Positions 38,243 to 54,249 of a stretch of 64,000 bases of DNA are shown here, one piece after another. The notes below the pieces were generated by a model. That model made no database searches and had not been told where the DNA came from. It saw only the letters and a list, made by a program, of their open reading frames with translations. The stretch's first letter is position 1. Every line of letters starts with the position of its first letter. This stretch comes from Octopus vulgaris (lineage: Eukaryota): positions 7,626,001 to 7,690,000 of the forward strand of contig OX597823.1 in assembly GCA_951406725.2 (NCBI GenBank), written 5' to 3'. The position numbers and the translations under genes were made by a program.

Positions 38243-41200
38243 AAAAAAAAATTTATCTTCAGATTTTTTTTTAAATATGCTAGGCCACTGATTTTAATTG
38301 ATTAACATCAATTTCTACCCTTATTTAATTTTAAATATATATATATACATGTTTGTGTGCACATAAACACACATGTGCATGCACACACTTACACACACAT
38401 CTATATATTCTAATATGAGCTGAAACCCACTCCTAGTATATATCTAGTTTGCCTCAAAACCTCTCTCATAGCCATCAATCGTAATCACATTTTCACTGAC
38501 AAGTTATTATTAGGAAGGCCTTTCAACAATTTATCCATAAATAAATGAAATTGCAGTGTCAATTAGTGTATTCCACAGAGGAAAAAAAAAATATGAAAAA
38601 CCATATTTAAAAAATGTAATAGTGTATCTACTATTGTCATTGATGAGAAACCTTTTAATTTACTACCCATTAGTTTTATTCCATTGCAAATCTTGACCCT
38701 AGATCATGTTAATGAAAAGTATATACTAATTTAAGATTATGATAAACTAACCTTTTAATCTAATGTATACTGTGTAATATAGATATCAGCTATTGATATT
38801 TTATTTATTTGTTTATTTCCTTTGAAATATTATCACCATGGAAAATTCATTGTTCTGATTGTTATTTAAAGACTAGTTATTATTGCACTGAAGTAAGATA
38901 ATATCAAAACAGTAAATAGACATTCTATCTTAACTTATTTATGAATATTTCTCTACTTACCCATAAAGCAGAACGAAGAAAAATAAATATGTAAATTTTC
39001 ATTCATTTAAATTCTTTGAAATCAGGTCTAAGTAACTATTTAAAAGTTCAACAAAACAACATCAAATAATTACTTTCCATAATAACATGAACAAAGAAAT
39101 CTATATAATATTTGTATTATTGACAAGTATATAAATAGATATGCTCTTCTTAATCACTAAAAACTTTTATTGCTATCTCTGTCAAGTTTTTCTTGACATA
39201 TTTATTGCAAATCATCAGCCAAATCAAATCATATATAAAATTTGTAATGTACATCACAGTTGTCAGAAAGCTGGAAATGCTTAGAAATAATAATCTGCTT
39301 TGTAAATGATCAATACTTTCCTTGTTATAAAGCCAAGTAAAGTGAACCATTTCTAACAGCATGCATTGGACAATGTTTTTATGTCAGTCTTGCTAAAGTG
39401 ACATCTTATACATAGGCTTCTGCTTCTCAAGTAGCTATAAACTTACCTTGTCTCATATGGTAGCAGAGTAGCGGTAAACAATGAAGTTATTCTAGAAAGG
39501 GAGCTTTATTGAACCTTTACAAACATAACAACCACTTAACCTGTCAGTTGAACATAAGAAACTTTCCAAAATATATTTGAAAATGCAAATGAATGAGAAC
39601 GATAAAAAAAGAATAGATAAAAAGTAACTATCATATGAATTATGAAGAATCATATTGAAGAGTAACATATACATATACATTAAAGATGAAAATATAAGAA
39701 GTGTTGTGACGACTTGACTATTGTTGATTTTTTTCATACAAGATCTATGAAAGGAGAATTGTAAAAAAAGTTGTATAAAACTTTTAAGTAACTGATACAG
39801 ATGAGGGTTTATGTATATTCTTGACAGCTTGCTGCCTTTACTTTTTGTTGTCATATACTTTTACATGCACACAGTTGTTTATATATGTGAATTCAATTAA
39901 CTACTGCTATTATCTTAGTTTACTCACTTCATGCAGACAGGAGATGCCTATACATATTTAGCAATAGAATTAAAAATTCTTTACTGAATGTATATGTTGA
40001 ATCACATCAAAAATATTTTCTTTCTAAAACTTCTAATAACGATGATAAGTTTATTCATTTGTAAGAATTTAATTTCATACTTTTGAGGTCTTCAGTTTTA
40101 ATTATCTTTTTCTCCTTTGTTTTCATGAATGTTAATTTAGAATTTGTATCCCACTGCTGCAAAACTAAGTAGTATTATCTCATCTGTTTTCATATTTAAT
40201 TTAAAATAAAATATGCTCATACAGTTATATATATTCATTTGCATTATGTCTATCAAGTTACATGAAGTGCAAAAACAAGACAAAAGGCATAAAGTAAATA
40301 ACCAATTAGCATATACTGAAGCTGCAGTGGCAAAAGGCTGTACACCTGAAATCTTCAAAGCAGTGAAAAACAGCATTATATTTAAAACAACGTCATCAAT
40401 GATAAAAATAACCAAGAAACATCAGATCATGAAATGATAGAAAAGCTACAGGAAAAACACTTTCAATTTCAGTAAAATCTGACTGACCATGCCAACTCAA
40501 TAACAGAGTAATGGTACCCTGCATAATTCAGAATGATAGGCTGGAGTTTATAAAACCTACCCCTAAGACATATACACTTTTTGGCTAAAAGATTTTGTCT
40601 TCAGAAACAATGAATCTGAAATAACAGATAATGTTAACATTCCAAATCACACACATGCGTCTCAGTTCTTGTTTCACAACCCTTGCAACAGTCGTTATTT
40701 GAGTCTTCATTAAATTGATATGTAAAGCTAGTAATGGTGTGATAGTACCCCTTTTGAATAACACTTAAAGCCACTAGGAATAGCACAGAAATACTATTTT
40801 ATTCTCTAATTGGTTTTGGTTATTGGACTGTAGCCATACTGGAGTACTGACTTCAAGTGTTTTAGTAATTTAAAAAGTTTTTGTAAAGGACAGGTATCAT
40901 TGACACACACATACACAAACAAACACACAGGGTTATGCATAGTTTTGTCTACATGATAGTGGATACTTGTTTAATGTTTTACATAGTAGGATCTGACCCA
41001 GAATAATATAACAAAGGAAACTTCTCAACCACACAATCATACACACACACAAGCACATGTAATGTATTGAGGTAGTGTAACAGGCTACCAGATCAGTGTA
41101 AATAAACTGTCACAAGTGGTTGAGGAATACTTAAAAAACGACAGATGTTCAAAAAGAAAATAGTTAAGAAAATCTGTGAAATTCTTTCAGGTGCATAGAA

Positions 41201-44200
41201 TGCTCCATGAAGGTAGTTCATGAATTGTTTTACTAAAGTAACCTAATTCACAATGGAGGGAGGTACTCAGAAAATTCAGATGCTAAATAGAAAAAGTTTA
41301 GAGAGCTATATATTACATCTGCTGATGACAAGGGTTTCACCTCTCCAAGTGAGGGATAGATTGTAAATATGCCTGTGTTTGAAATGTTAGCAAAACATTG
41401 AATATTTAATGGAGATGAAAGGTGATAGCTGGAGAGAAATGAGGTCAGCATACTCTGCTCAGTGTATAGTGTTAGTATGAGTGAACAATGGTGCAAAAAT
41501 GAGTAGAGACTAAAATTTGTTACAAGCGGAAGCTGATGTAGTATGCAAGAGTAGAGAATGTGCTGGTATGGACATGTTATGTGTATGGAGGATAATAGTT
41601 GGGTCAAGAAATGTCAGGATTTCTTAGTGGAAGGAAACTGCCACAAATTGTGGAAAACAAGTGAAAAATTAGAGAAGCTAATCTTAGGATGTTGAACCTC
41701 ACAAAGGAGATGTGAAGTAACTGCAACATATAGCAAGATGCTATGCTGGAGAAGACTATCTAATCCATGCCAGCATGGAAAAATGGAAAATCACTTGTAA
41801 AATTATATAATGCAAATCTATATGCATGTGTGTCTTCCCATTGACATGGCAACCTTTGTGCAGCAAAATACATCCAGTAGACTCTCTAAGGTGGTTAGAG
41901 ATAAGAAGGGCATCTAGCCATAGAAACCAAACCCAAAAAAACACATGAGTGCCGGTCTATAAGGGTAGTGACTCCCAAAAGAACTGACTTGGCATATAAT
42001 AACCCATCCAATCCATAAAATCGATGAAAGTGGACAACAATCTCATCATTAGATATTGATTATATAAATACACACATCTGTCCAACCTGTGACAGTATGG
42101 AACATGAACATTAAATAGGAAAACACTGACACTGACCTCATAGTCTTACAAATGGTCAGGTAGTTTAACCGAGGCACAACTGACAAAACTTTGAAGTCAT
42201 TATCAACTTTTCCCTTCTGAAAATAAATGTGAATCTCACATGTGTTGAATAATGCATCAGTTAATGTTTTTAACTATGCATGAAAACAATCATTACTATA
42301 TTTGTGTGAATATGTATATATATGTAAGTTTGGTAGGACAAACAATAAATAGAATCCAAAACATAAGTATATATGATTTTTATTTTTAATCATTAGAAGT
42401 TACAAACTGACTCAAGGGCCAGGAGTTTCATGTATGGCACTTATGAAACTGACTTCAAATTTGTGAGACTACACTTGTATATGCAGGTACACTGTCCTGT
42501 CTCTTTGATACCACCTCATCTCTCTAATATCTCTATCATTCATCCCTCTGTCATAAATCCTTCTTATCACTTAACTCTCTCTTGTTTACTTTCACTGTAC
42601 TATGCTGCCTTTCTGAATGTCTCCTCTTCATTGTACCATAATTCAAGTATATCTATAGATGTCACTAGACCTATTTGATTCATTCTCTTTGATCAAAAAT
42701 TCAGCCCCACTCTGTCTCTCTCTCACTGCTTCACACATACACATATGCACATCAAGCTCTTATTCAGTAATTACTAACCTGTGTTAGGTTGTGCATTCTT
42801 TTATGGGATAAGACTCGGTATTTACAGCTATCTGTTTATCTCACTTCCTGATGAGGAAAAAGTCTTTCTGACTTTTATGTTCACCATATTGGAAGGTGAT
42901 TAAGTAGCTGGTTGTTTTCCTGGTGTTGATTCAGTTGCACCTCAGAGCTCTATAAAGCCTCTCTTCATTCCTAGAACCACATCCAATATCCATCACCTTC
43001 CATGGCAAATACACAATAAATAAATATATCTCATTCCTCATTTCCTTTGTTGTTGATGTCTTATTCTGCTAGAATGTAGGATAATGCTTCTCGTGCCCTT
43101 ACACTGAATTTGCATTGTTTCCCTCTCTCTTTCAACTACATTGTTTCACAATATTTATAGTGCTGTCTGTTGTTTTTAGCCATAACTTCCTTTCCAGTGC
43201 TAGGGCTGTTACAAATGTCCTTCATTAACAGCATCAAATTAAACATTAACCAAAAGGGAAAATTGCAATTCACAGATACATATTCAACCTTATGATATTC
43301 AATCCTTTAATGAAAGATCTCCAGAATGTTCATATTACTGCATTAACTTTGAATAAGCTAGCATTGTTTATTTGTATTTTTCTTAAATTATTAAAAGACG
43401 AAAAATAATTTAGATAACTATAGATTTACTATTTTTTTTTATTTCTAATATAACAGTTTATTGTAGATATTTTACATTAACTCTCATTAATGATTTGTTT
43501 TAAAGAATGAACATTAAGTATTAATCTTGAATTAAAACCAATAAAGTTAATGTTTTGAGTAGTTTTACAAATTCTCTTTAATTTTTAAACACTTTATTCA
43601 GTATCCTGAATTTTTCCAATTATAGTAGTCCTTATTCAATATCACTGTATCCATATTTTAATAACTTTTTTAAAGTTTATTTAGCCTGACTTTTCAAATC
43701 ATATTTAAGTTGCCAATGAATATTTTATCTGGTTAAATTTTGGCTTTGAATTACCTTCAGAAAAATAAATTATTTATTATCATTTTTTTTCTTTTTTTTT
43801 TTTGTATTAAAAAAAAAACTATTGCAAGAAAACATTGTTCCTCCTAGATTTTATACAGATTACACTGTAAATTTTATTGGTCATTCAATCCTGTCAAGAA
43901 TATTTAGGCATTTGTTATTCTTTTTGCAATATACTATTTTTTCTCAGTTATTTACAATTTCTTTTTCTTTTTATAAGAGAAAAAGGGATATTTAGATTTG
44001 TTTTGCTTGTAAAGCAATAGGTAATAGGAATCGCATTTTATATGTGTTGATGATATGCAATTCAGGATTCATTCTTTATAATTCTTTATCAAATTTTAGG
44101 AATTGTTTCAATCATATTTTTTTTTTATTGTTATTTGTAAAAACTGACATCAATTCATGAATCCTGTAAACATTGAGATGAGATCTATGATTGGCTTAAT

Positions 44201-47200
44201 GCTTAAGGAAAGCCATATTTTATAAATCATATCATTTTGATGCATACTGATAACTAAAAAATAAATCCAGGACTTAAACATATTTTGTATCCATTGAAAC
44301 TAAAAGCTATTACTCTATTTATGATGTTATCATTTCCTATCCATGTTGCTAAAGAAAAGCTGGATCACTATTATTCTCCTCTGCTGCTCAATTTCACTGT
44401 AAATGGCTAGAACTATTGCAATCATTTGATGTTGGAAAGTAAAAAAAAATTGGATTATTAATTTCATTATAATTTAAATATTAGCTACATTATTGGAAGT
44501 AAATTATGTGAGATTTTATGCATTGATTCAACTGATAATATGTTACTGTAAGAAATATTTGCTGATTAGATGTCTGATTAAATTCTCATGGATTCATCCA
44601 ACTAGAAAGTATTCTTCAATGTTTGAACAATTATATGAGAAGTAGGAGCAGTCCTTGAGTATTTCTTAAATTTAAAATCTTGAAATGTTTAGCTGATCAT
44701 ATCAATTTTTATATATATGAGTTTGACTCAGTTTAAGAAAAGAAAACATCTGCCTGATAAGAAATGACAAAAGAATTACATCACAGGAAACAAAAATTAA
44801 GTGGAAACAGTGTCTCCATATCAAATTGTCAAAACTGTATGTAACTTATGGCTCTGCAGGATAATCTTTACATTAATACTTTCTAAATGTTGTAAAACAA
44901 ACTATTTACAATTATGAATAACTGAATAACTCAGATTAGTTTGGCACTGAAATATTAGAATACATTGAAAGCTAACTTGTTCATAGACTTTTGTTTCTAT
45001 ATCACTTTCCTTAAGTTATGTTAAGTGTAATACAGAAGGCCTGAGAAATCGGTAGTAATGGAAGAGACAATGACTATACAGGAACATTATAGGAATAACA
45101 ATTTTTTCTGAAATTCCCTTTATATTTAAAATTAGGTTGTCTTTACAAAACAAAAACTAGAGTAGCTGCTAAAGGTAGAATGTTATCAAATGATGTACAG
45201 GAAAATTTTTTAAATCCATTTTAAAAGCAACACAAATGAAACGGTTGTGATTTAACAGAAGTCATTTTTGTTTAATACATAGGTTCAGGAAGAGAGACAG
45301 AGTCTATAGCTTTTGTATACTGAGGTTGACTGAATGGAAAATGTAGGTTGGGAGGGATTTCAGATTTTAGACCAGGAGAAATATTGAGAGAAGTGTTTAG
45401 TATCAGTTTAGAAAATGAAATATTGTAGCATTCCTAACTTTTCTACCATTGGGTACCCCTGACAAATCAACAAATAAATAACTGTGATGAAATAAATATT
45501 ACTATTACACCATGCCTTTCTTGGGGTTATTTAAACTTATTTTAGCATATTCATTTTAACTAAATAGAAATTTGCTTTGTTCTTTTTTCACTAAAGATGG
45601 AATTAGACTTTCCATTCAATCTCTAATTCCACACCAATTTAAATATATCATAATTTTGTGTTGAACCTAGAAATTTTAAAGCCCTTCTTTACCATATCTC
45701 TGTTAAAATACACTTAATCTGTATCAAATGATTTTCAAACTGTGAAGAATTTGATAAAATAATTGTCAATATTAATCTAGTGTTTGGAACATAAATTAAC
45801 ATGAAATTTTGATGGAGAATTTATAATTTAGATCTCATTAAAACCAAAAATTTGTATTACAGAACAAAGAGTAGTTTCAGACAGGTTGGTATTAAAAGAG
45901 TTAAAGTTGTAAATGACTTTGTGAGAAGTGGAGTTCTAAAATATGATTTACCAAGGAAAGAATTTTAGTCTGTTAGCAATACATTTTATAAGGAAAACAA
46001 GAATATCTCATTTCCTTTCCCTTGTAAATCAGTGACTTATTGTTATGTAAAGTCATATATAGCAAAGTATGAGCAACTTTGTATAACCCACAGGTACATA
46101 AACCTGTGCACAATAATTCAGTAGAACAATGTTGTGAAGTATTTTGATTTAATAGGTGTGATGATAATGATGCCTTTATTCACTTCAAGGGCAGCAGAAC
46201 ATAACACTGCATTATTATACAATTATGAAGTACATAAAACTTACTGCATGATTATTCGCTCATTTTACTTTCTTTTGTGCCACATCAGACAAGGAAGATT
46301 TGGAATTTTATCAGTAGAACCAAAATGTATTTATAAAAGTAGAAAGTAAATAATCTGCTATTAAGGCTGCACATTATTTTGATTTGGCAGCTAAATATAT
46401 GAAACAGCTTTACTACTAGGGTTTTGTAGCATTTAACTCCATTGAAGATTCTTGCTGCTTTTTCTCTCTTTTTTTAGGTTTGATTTCTCTTCTATATTTA
46501 TTGTCAATTAGTTCTTCATGCTTACAGAATATTTTTGTAGATTCCACTCATTTTGCTACTATACTTCCTATTGTTTGATGCTAGTTTAAAATCTTTCTTT
46601 CAAATAACTAATTGCACATACTGCACAACTTATTACAGCTTACATTTTTTTTTACTTTCATTTGTTTTCTTGGTAAAAACATTCTGAACAAATTAGAGTT
46701 TGTTTTGTTTTTATCATTTTCACTGTATTTTTTTTTTATCTTCTTTAGTTTGTATTCATTTAGAATAATTGATTTGCATTGTCACTACTCCATGGCCAGC
46801 CAAGTTCAAACACACAAGTAATCAAGTGATTTTTAATGAAACCACATAAAAGAGAGTACCATACATCCTTGATAAGAATCTGAAAGAAAGCAAAGCTGAG
46901 TTTGTTAGTCAAATATATGGAAGAAACTGAAAGCTTATTCATAAGATTAAAAGCACTTGAGAAACATTAATATTTCATAAGAAATATGCATAATTATCCA
47001 CATAACGAATTCTTCATTCTCATAAAATGTATTAAGTTGTTATTTATGTAATGTTAGAATTTTGAATGTTTGGGCTACATCGTTTCAAAAAAAGCTACAT
47101 GTTCCATATGCTACGCATGTTTCACATGCTAAATGAGTATACTGAAATACTAGAGAAAACATTTTGTTGCTTTTAATGACTTTTCTAAATGTTTTAGCAT

Positions 47201-48065
47201 GTCTGAATTTTTCTTCAAATTCACACAATTGAAATAAATCTTTTAAACTTCCTACTGCTAAATTTATCATGGACATTTGTCCATGATAAATTTATGTAAA
47301 AAGATTTTGTTGTACTCCAAAAACTTATATATAAAATAGACCTCTGTGTGTTCACTTTTCTCGCAAAAACAGTTGCACAAATTGGTTCCATACTTGGGGT
47401 GCATGAATAATTTGACCTGGGATACAATAATATGGTCTTCATTTATTTTTATATTAAAAATAAATAATATTGCTTTATATAAGGTGAACTTTTTGAAAAG
47501 GCTTTTCAATGTCAACTTCTGGTACTGACATAGCAACTGTGGCTAGCCAGACACACACACATGTATGCCTGACATAGCAACTCCCCTTCCTTATTCTCTC
47601 TCTCTTTCTCTTTCTTCCTCAGTCTATCAATAACTCAACTTCTTTTGATGTTACAAATGTCTATTTTTAATATTTGGGAGGCGTATTCCCTATCTAATTT
47701 CTCACTGTACTTCCTCTCTTTCTATTTCTTACTCTATCATTCTCTCTTCATTCTGTCAACCATTCAGTCTAGCATTTCTGGTACCAAAAAACTTATTACA
47801 GTTACTTTCATTGTTCACAATCTTCTGTACCGGTGTATTTGTGTATCTGTAAATAACATTGCCTAGAAGGAAGGTGTCAGATTTGTAACCCCAGTGTCAA
47901 GGTCAGCCAAAAGAGATGTCTCTATCAAGGGAAAGAGAGACAGAAGAAAAGAGGGAAACATGACAAGAAAGGAACAGACTGTGCACTACAGCAGCCAGAG
48001 CATCTGGGAATGTTGAGACAAGAGTTGCGCATCAAAACAAAAAAAAGAAAAACAGTTGTGTACTG

Positions 48066-48362
48066 GTGCTGCCTGAGCATCTCAAAGTGTTGAACAGAGG
48101 TATGCATGCCTGGCAAGGAATAGGATCTCCACTGCAGAAGGAAGAGCAGTTACAACAGCTCAAAGAAGCAACTTCTATGAAGCAGTTTTCAACTATGATC
48201 CAGCATTTTAATTATGGAGATGACACTAAAGTTCCCATTGGTGCAATGACAACTGAGTGCATACACTGTAAAGCAAGGAAGCGGCCTGAAGAGACACTTG
48301 GGCTGTGCTGCTGCAGTGGAAAGGTTAAACTCCCTGCAATGCCCCAGCCTCCAGAGCCGTGA
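48066..48362 (+). mobile_element. Helitron Rep/Hel N-terminal zinc-binding fragment
   Basis: IGAMTTECIHCKARKRPEETLGLCCCSGKVKLPAMPQPPEP matches the Helitron motif IGxMxxxCxxCxA...CCxxGKVxLP. Confidence 0.75.
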
Positions 48363-48886
48363 ATAAGACGTGCATGTAATGTACAGAAGTGTAAAACCAT
48401 TGAGTGTTAAAAGTATTACTTTCTGAGAAATACACTAATCTTACACTACAAGCAAAGAGTACTGCGTTAAGGCTTATGAATTTATAACCCAAGTGAAACC
48501 AGGTCCTTCTGCTTGTATATAAGTCAGTTGTTTATGAGACCTGTTTAAATTCATAATTATTTTAGCACTTTCAGACATTCCAGAGTTTATTCTTGTTAGA
48601 AATATAGTGATGAAATGATTGTAATGTTGAATTCTTCCAAATTGGAATGAATTGTGACAGGTCTGCAATACAGCTCCCTCCATACTGCGCAAACCTATCT
48701 TGTCTTATCTGTCAAGCTAAATGTTCTAAAACTTTATATAAATACTCCTCAGTCTTGATTGGTTTTTACTCTGAGTTCTTTTTACTATTAAATTTCAAAA
48801 ACACTTCCACTTAGCTGCAATTATATATCTGCACCAAAGTATGCATCTCTTTTATATGTAAGAAGAGTTTTACCTGTCATATGATA

Positions 48887-49117
48887 GGCGGCGAGATGGC
48901 AGAAACGTTAGCGCACCGGGCGAAATGCTTAGCGGTATTTTGCCTGTCGTTACGTTGTGAGTTCAAATTCCGCCAAGGTCGACTTTGCCTTTCATCCTTT
49001 CGGAGTCGATAAATAAAATACCAATTTCGCACTGGGATCGATGTAATCGACTTAATCCATTTGTCTGTCCTTGTTTGTCCCCTCTATGTTTAGCCCCTTG
49101 AGGGTAGTAAAGAAATA
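48887..49117 (+). mobile_element. tRNA-derived SINE family A
   Basis: Full-length copy with an atatgata-type TSD. Confidence 0.85.
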
Positions 49118-49197
49118 TATGATAGGTAAGTTTAGAAGTATACTTTTACCACAATGGATAACATCAGGAAATATGTTATACATGTAATAATTATAGT

Positions 49198-49426
49198 TTA
49201 ACCCTTTCGTTACTGTATTTATTTTGAGATGCTATGTGTTTCTTTCAATTAATTTTTAGTATAACAAAGAATTTAGTAAAATAACTTGGTTATCATTCAG
49301 TTAGTGTTAGGAATATAAATTGTGACTAAGGTTTGGTGGAAGATTTTAATTCCAAACTTATGTTAACAAGACATTTGTACTCGGAGCCAGAGCCGGTTTC
49401 AGCCGGGTTGGTAACGAAATGGTTAA
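49198..49426 (-). mobile_element. MITE M1
   Basis: TTAA ends, TIRs, same body. Confidence 0.82.
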
Positions 49427-51477
49427 CTATTATTAAATTTCTTGATGCTTATACAAAATGATGAAATGAATACTAATTTTCAAAAGAAAAATATTTATTA
49501 CCTTAAAATAAAATTAGATAAAACTCTTCCCTTAACTGTCATTTACTTACTCTCCTCCTCCTCCTCCTCTTGCCACCAAACCTATACATGTACTCATCCT
49601 ACAACTCTTATACTAACTCTCCCTTTACCTCTTTTTTTACTCTCTCTCTCTCTCTCTCTCTCTAATGACTGGAGAAATCAACGAACCAACTTTTATCCCA
49701 GCAATTATTATATAGAGGTAAATGATGTCCAGCCACTACCTAAATAAGTAGTTCATATCCAACTTATTCTTTATAATTGCTGTAAATCCTCCGTATTCAC
49801 TCTTTCCCATTGTAATATAGCCTAATTTTTAAGTGTGGAATCCTTTGTTGTCAATAAAAATCTAAGTTCTTTTGATTTCATTCAATTTCACTTTGATCAT
49901 TAAATTTGTATTTTAATAACATCACATTACTGCTACTTTCAATAAATCACCCAATCAGAAATCTAATAAATTTTTTCTATAAAAGAATTGATATGAAGCT
50001 CAATAGAACACAGGCCAGTTGATAAATTACAAAACAGCATAAATAGACATTTTGTTAAACTTTAAGGCTCCACGCATATGGCTAAACTGATAATGATGTT
50101 ATTGTTTTCTTTTTGTTTTCGTTTTAATATCTTTATTGATAAAGCCTCTGGTCTTGGAATACTTTGCTTGGAAAATAGCATTCATCTAATAAAAGAAATG
50201 CTTACACAAAGTTATATGCAAACCCTTTTCATACGTGCTATATAGAAGAACTGGAAGTATATACAAGTTTAGTGCAATAGCACTAGACAACTTTGAATAA
50301 AAGTTACTTTTAATTCATAGGGTGCTAGGATACTGTTCATATGATTATAAGTTCAAATCATTACCACAGCTACTATGGGTAACCTCTAAGCAAAGCAGAG
50401 TGATGTATATTCTTCTGTCTTACAAATAGAAAATTGTTCTCCTAGTTTAATAGATGAGTTTTTGGTGGTAAGAACTGTAAAGAATCTGCTCCAATAGATC
50501 CATTTAAGAATTGCGAAATAGAAAAATAAATGTAAAACAGTAACAAGGTAGTTCTTGTTTTATTCTTTGGATCCCTATGTTTTCAACAATAGGGATTCTG
50601 ATTTCTCAAATAAAGAAAGTTTAAGATTTCAACCTTCCCTTTTTCACTTTATTACTTTTTTTTAAAAAAGGTATCCTACCATCCCAGTTTTCAGGTTACT
50701 ACACCCCTGCTGTACAACTACCCAGGTATTATTAAACATGGCCTTTCATTTATGCATTCCTAAATGTCTGTTAAACAAAACAACATTTAGAAGGCCTCAA
50801 CACTATCATCTGAGTTAGAAATAAGTTATAGTTCCCTCAAATTTTTCTTTATTTAAATAATTTCTGTGGCTTATAATTTTGTTAAAACTTTTTTGTAAAA
50901 AACCCAGTTTTTTGGGGAAAAATGTTTTTCAAAATATCTATTTTATAAAATCTCCCTCCCCTAAATTAAATCCTGTAAAACTTTAAATATGTCCCTTTCA
51001 TTTGTACATGCATAGATGCTGCTATTAGATAAAAGAAAAAACTTAATAAACCACTACACAGCATTTAGGAGACCTCAGTGTGGTCACTTGGCATACTAGA
51101 AACAATAGTCAAAACTTCTTCAAACCCCTCATACCCCCTTCTTTTTTTATGTTTATTTTACAGAGATTCTAATTTTCTAAAAGAAAAAAAAAACAGGATT
51201 ATAAAATTTTAATTATTTACATCCCACTACCTTTTTTTGTTTTGAAATTATAATTCTAAAAGACACTTCTTTTTCAAAATTCTTTCCTACTCCATAAATT
51301 CTGTTGTATGAAGCTTTTTAAGTAGGCCTTCTCATTTGCATGTACTATTATTTTGAACAGATAAAAAAGAAAATTTAATAAATGAGAATTTAAAAAAAAA
51401 GAGAAAACTTATCATTTGTCTTGCAAAATATGTTTATGATACTTATATTTTGTGTGAGAGCTTACTACCCTGTGTTG

Positions 51478-51730
51478 ATAGTGGTGGTGTAGTTTTGTTG
51501 GTGACGATGTTGATGTTGGTGTTGGTGGTGGTAGTGATGGTAATAATGGTGTTATTGATGGGAAATGGCATTGGTGATTGTAGTTGTCTTGTTGTCTGTG
51601 TTAGTGATAGTGGTGGTGGTGGTTGTATTGGTAATGGGGGTGGTAGTGGTAGTGTTGATGGTTGTGGTGTTATTCTTGTTATTGGCAATGCTGGTAATAA
51701 TGGTTTTGGTGATGGTGATGGTGTCGGTGG
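51478..51730. repeat. Degenerate (GGT/GAT/GTT)n trinucleotide tract
   Basis: Low-complexity NRT/GGT periodicity that produces spurious ORFs. Confidence 0.85.
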
Positions 51731-54149
51731 GTCTAATCTACCCTTCTAAAATACTGAAACAACAGTTTAGATTAAGCAATACAATTCATCAACAATACCA
51801 CCATCATCACCAAAACTATCTCCAAAAATCTTTCAAAGTCAAAAACAAAAACTTGGAGGATAAGTGAAATTGAAATGTTAAAATGTTGTCTTTTTGGCAA
51901 AATCAAAATCTCCATTGATGAAAACATAGGAATTTCGAAGAAATTATTTTAAAAACAAAAAGTAGGTGTGTGAGGTTTGAGGGAAATTCGGTTGACATTT
52001 CTAGCATGTTTAGTGACCATATTGAGGCATCTTAAAAGTCATATTCTGGTTTGACAATCATCTATGCATGTGCAAAATAAATAAACATTTTAAAATATTC
52101 ATATTTTTGTTGTGACAGATGGGTGTGGCTATTCCAAAATCTTAGAAGATGGGCTGGGAGATCATTTTTTTTTTTTTAAATGGAATTTTGAAAAACCTTC
52201 CCTTCATAATCTCCATATTTTTTCTTTGGGGAATTAAAGGGAGGTTCTAGATAAAGCAAAAACAAAGAAATGTGGGAGAACTTTAAAATTTTGAAATACT
52301 TTTTGTTTTCTTTGGCAAAATTGGAGTTTGTTCCAAAAACAGGAATCTGAAGAAAAAGAAAAACAGAAAGAGGCGGGTAATATATTCAGCATATCTGCCA
52401 AAATAGTAAGAATGACTACAGATATATCACAACCCCTACAGTCATTATATTATATAGAATAAGCAAATTATCCCATTCATGTGCCTGATTGAGTGTGAAA
52501 AGATGTCTCAATATCCCAACCTTGCTTGATTCTGATAATTCATTGGCTATTTGTTTGCTCTGAAACTTCAGTGTTGACAATCTTTAAAATCTTCCTTCTA
52601 TTTCCTGTGGTTTAAATCATCTCATGTATCTATCCTACTTGTTAATAGGTACAATTGTTCAAGCTATTTAAAAGGATATGATATTTAAATGTTTATATGA
52701 AAAATATTTAAATAGTACATGAAATACATTTACAAGCAAACTTATATAGAAAAGCATTGGGAAAAAAAAAGAACTTTTTACTCATATTATAAAGACTAAA
52801 ATATTTAAAATTTTAACTGAAATAATGCAAAACATATTTGACATTTGATCTTTAAGTGAACTGGGGATTAACTTAAAATTTCTAAACCAGGCATTTCTAT
52901 TGTGATTTCTGTTGGCATTACCTCTTTTTGCCTTCTTTTCTTCCTTGTTTGACCATTTCCAAGTAAACTACTGACATGTCTATTTGCTGTTTGCATTATG
53001 TTACTCTGTATTATAAGTGCAGGATTACAGTTAATGGCTATCCACCTGATGATAGGTGGCTCATATTAATGCCTGCTAGCCAACTACTTACCATTTCTAG
53101 TTCAATGTCTTCCACTTCCACTAACATGATGATCAGTTGGCTGTCAGGAAGATATCAGCTGCCAGTCATGTAGGAAATATTAAGATTCTTACTGCTGTTT
53201 CTTGCTTCTTTTTCAATTACTTTACTTCTATTTGCTAGAAGTCACCACAGTATTGTCTAATAAGAAACATTGATTCTGCTTGGTATTTCCCTCTGGTACT
53301 GACATTTAGGACTCAGTGTATGGGAGATAAAAGGATGTAAGGACATACTGAAAGCATGATAGTGATAGAATATTGAGAATATTAAGCTGAAAATTATGCT
53401 TATGGTAGTAGCACTGTTTCTGATTAGTAACAACAGGATTTAAGAATACAGTGTGAAAACAAAGTGATGTCAGTTTATATAAACTGGTGTGTCTTTCAGT
53501 CAGGTGAAAGTTTTCAAAGACATTAAAGTATGCTTTAATTATTTATTTACTTATTTATTCCAGACTTTATTTTCCAGGTTTTATTTCTCTTTAATTTCTT
53601 TAATATGGTTAAACTTTTCCACCTCCCATTTACTTTCAAAATGGAGTATAAACATGTAAGGCTGATTTTTACTTATTTATTTATTTTGTTAGTTTTTGTC
53701 TTCTAATGAACTTAGTTGGGGAAAATTAGATGGAACATATAATCAGGAGTGTTTTCTGAGTTGTGTAGGTATGTTATCATCATCATCATCATCAACATAA
53801 CCTTTTAACATCTGTTTTCCATGCTGGCATGGGTTAGATGGTTTGACAGGAACTAGTGAGCCAGAGGGATGTACCAAGCCCTACTGTCTACTTTGGCATG
53901 CTTTCTGTGACTGGATGCCCTGCTTAATGCCAAGATAGAGATTAAATGAATTAGTAATGTGTTGGGTACTCAGGGTACCCCTCTCAAGAATTTTCAAATT
54001 CTGGAAGTATTGTTTTGTACAAAGGCTTGATAAGTAGTTTATGTTGTTTCTTGAAGGGGTAGATAACAAGGAATTGTAAAAAATTTGGCTGATGTAGTTA
54101 GAATAATGCAAGTGAGATTCTGGAAGGTCCATGGATAGTGGTTGTCATG

Positions 54150-54249
54150 NNNNNNNNNNNNNNNNNNNNNNNNNNNNNNNNNNNNNNNNNNNNNNNNNNN
54201 NNNNNNNNNNNNNNNNNNNNNNNNNNNNNNNNNNNNNNNNNNNNNNNNN
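54150..54249. other. Assembly gap (100 N)
   Basis: Run of exactly 100 N, so the true length is unknown. Confidence 1.

Noticed and set aside
39150-40415. Three hydrophobic - strand ORFs suggesting a nested membrane-protein gene
   Set aside because: Expected from T-rich composition; no recognisable motif or consistent exon chain
42847-42875. CTGATGAG motif
   Set aside because: No correctly placed GAAA or stems
51443-51867. Pro/Thr-rich or Val/Gly-rich ORFs
   Set aside because: Trinucleotide low-complexity tract
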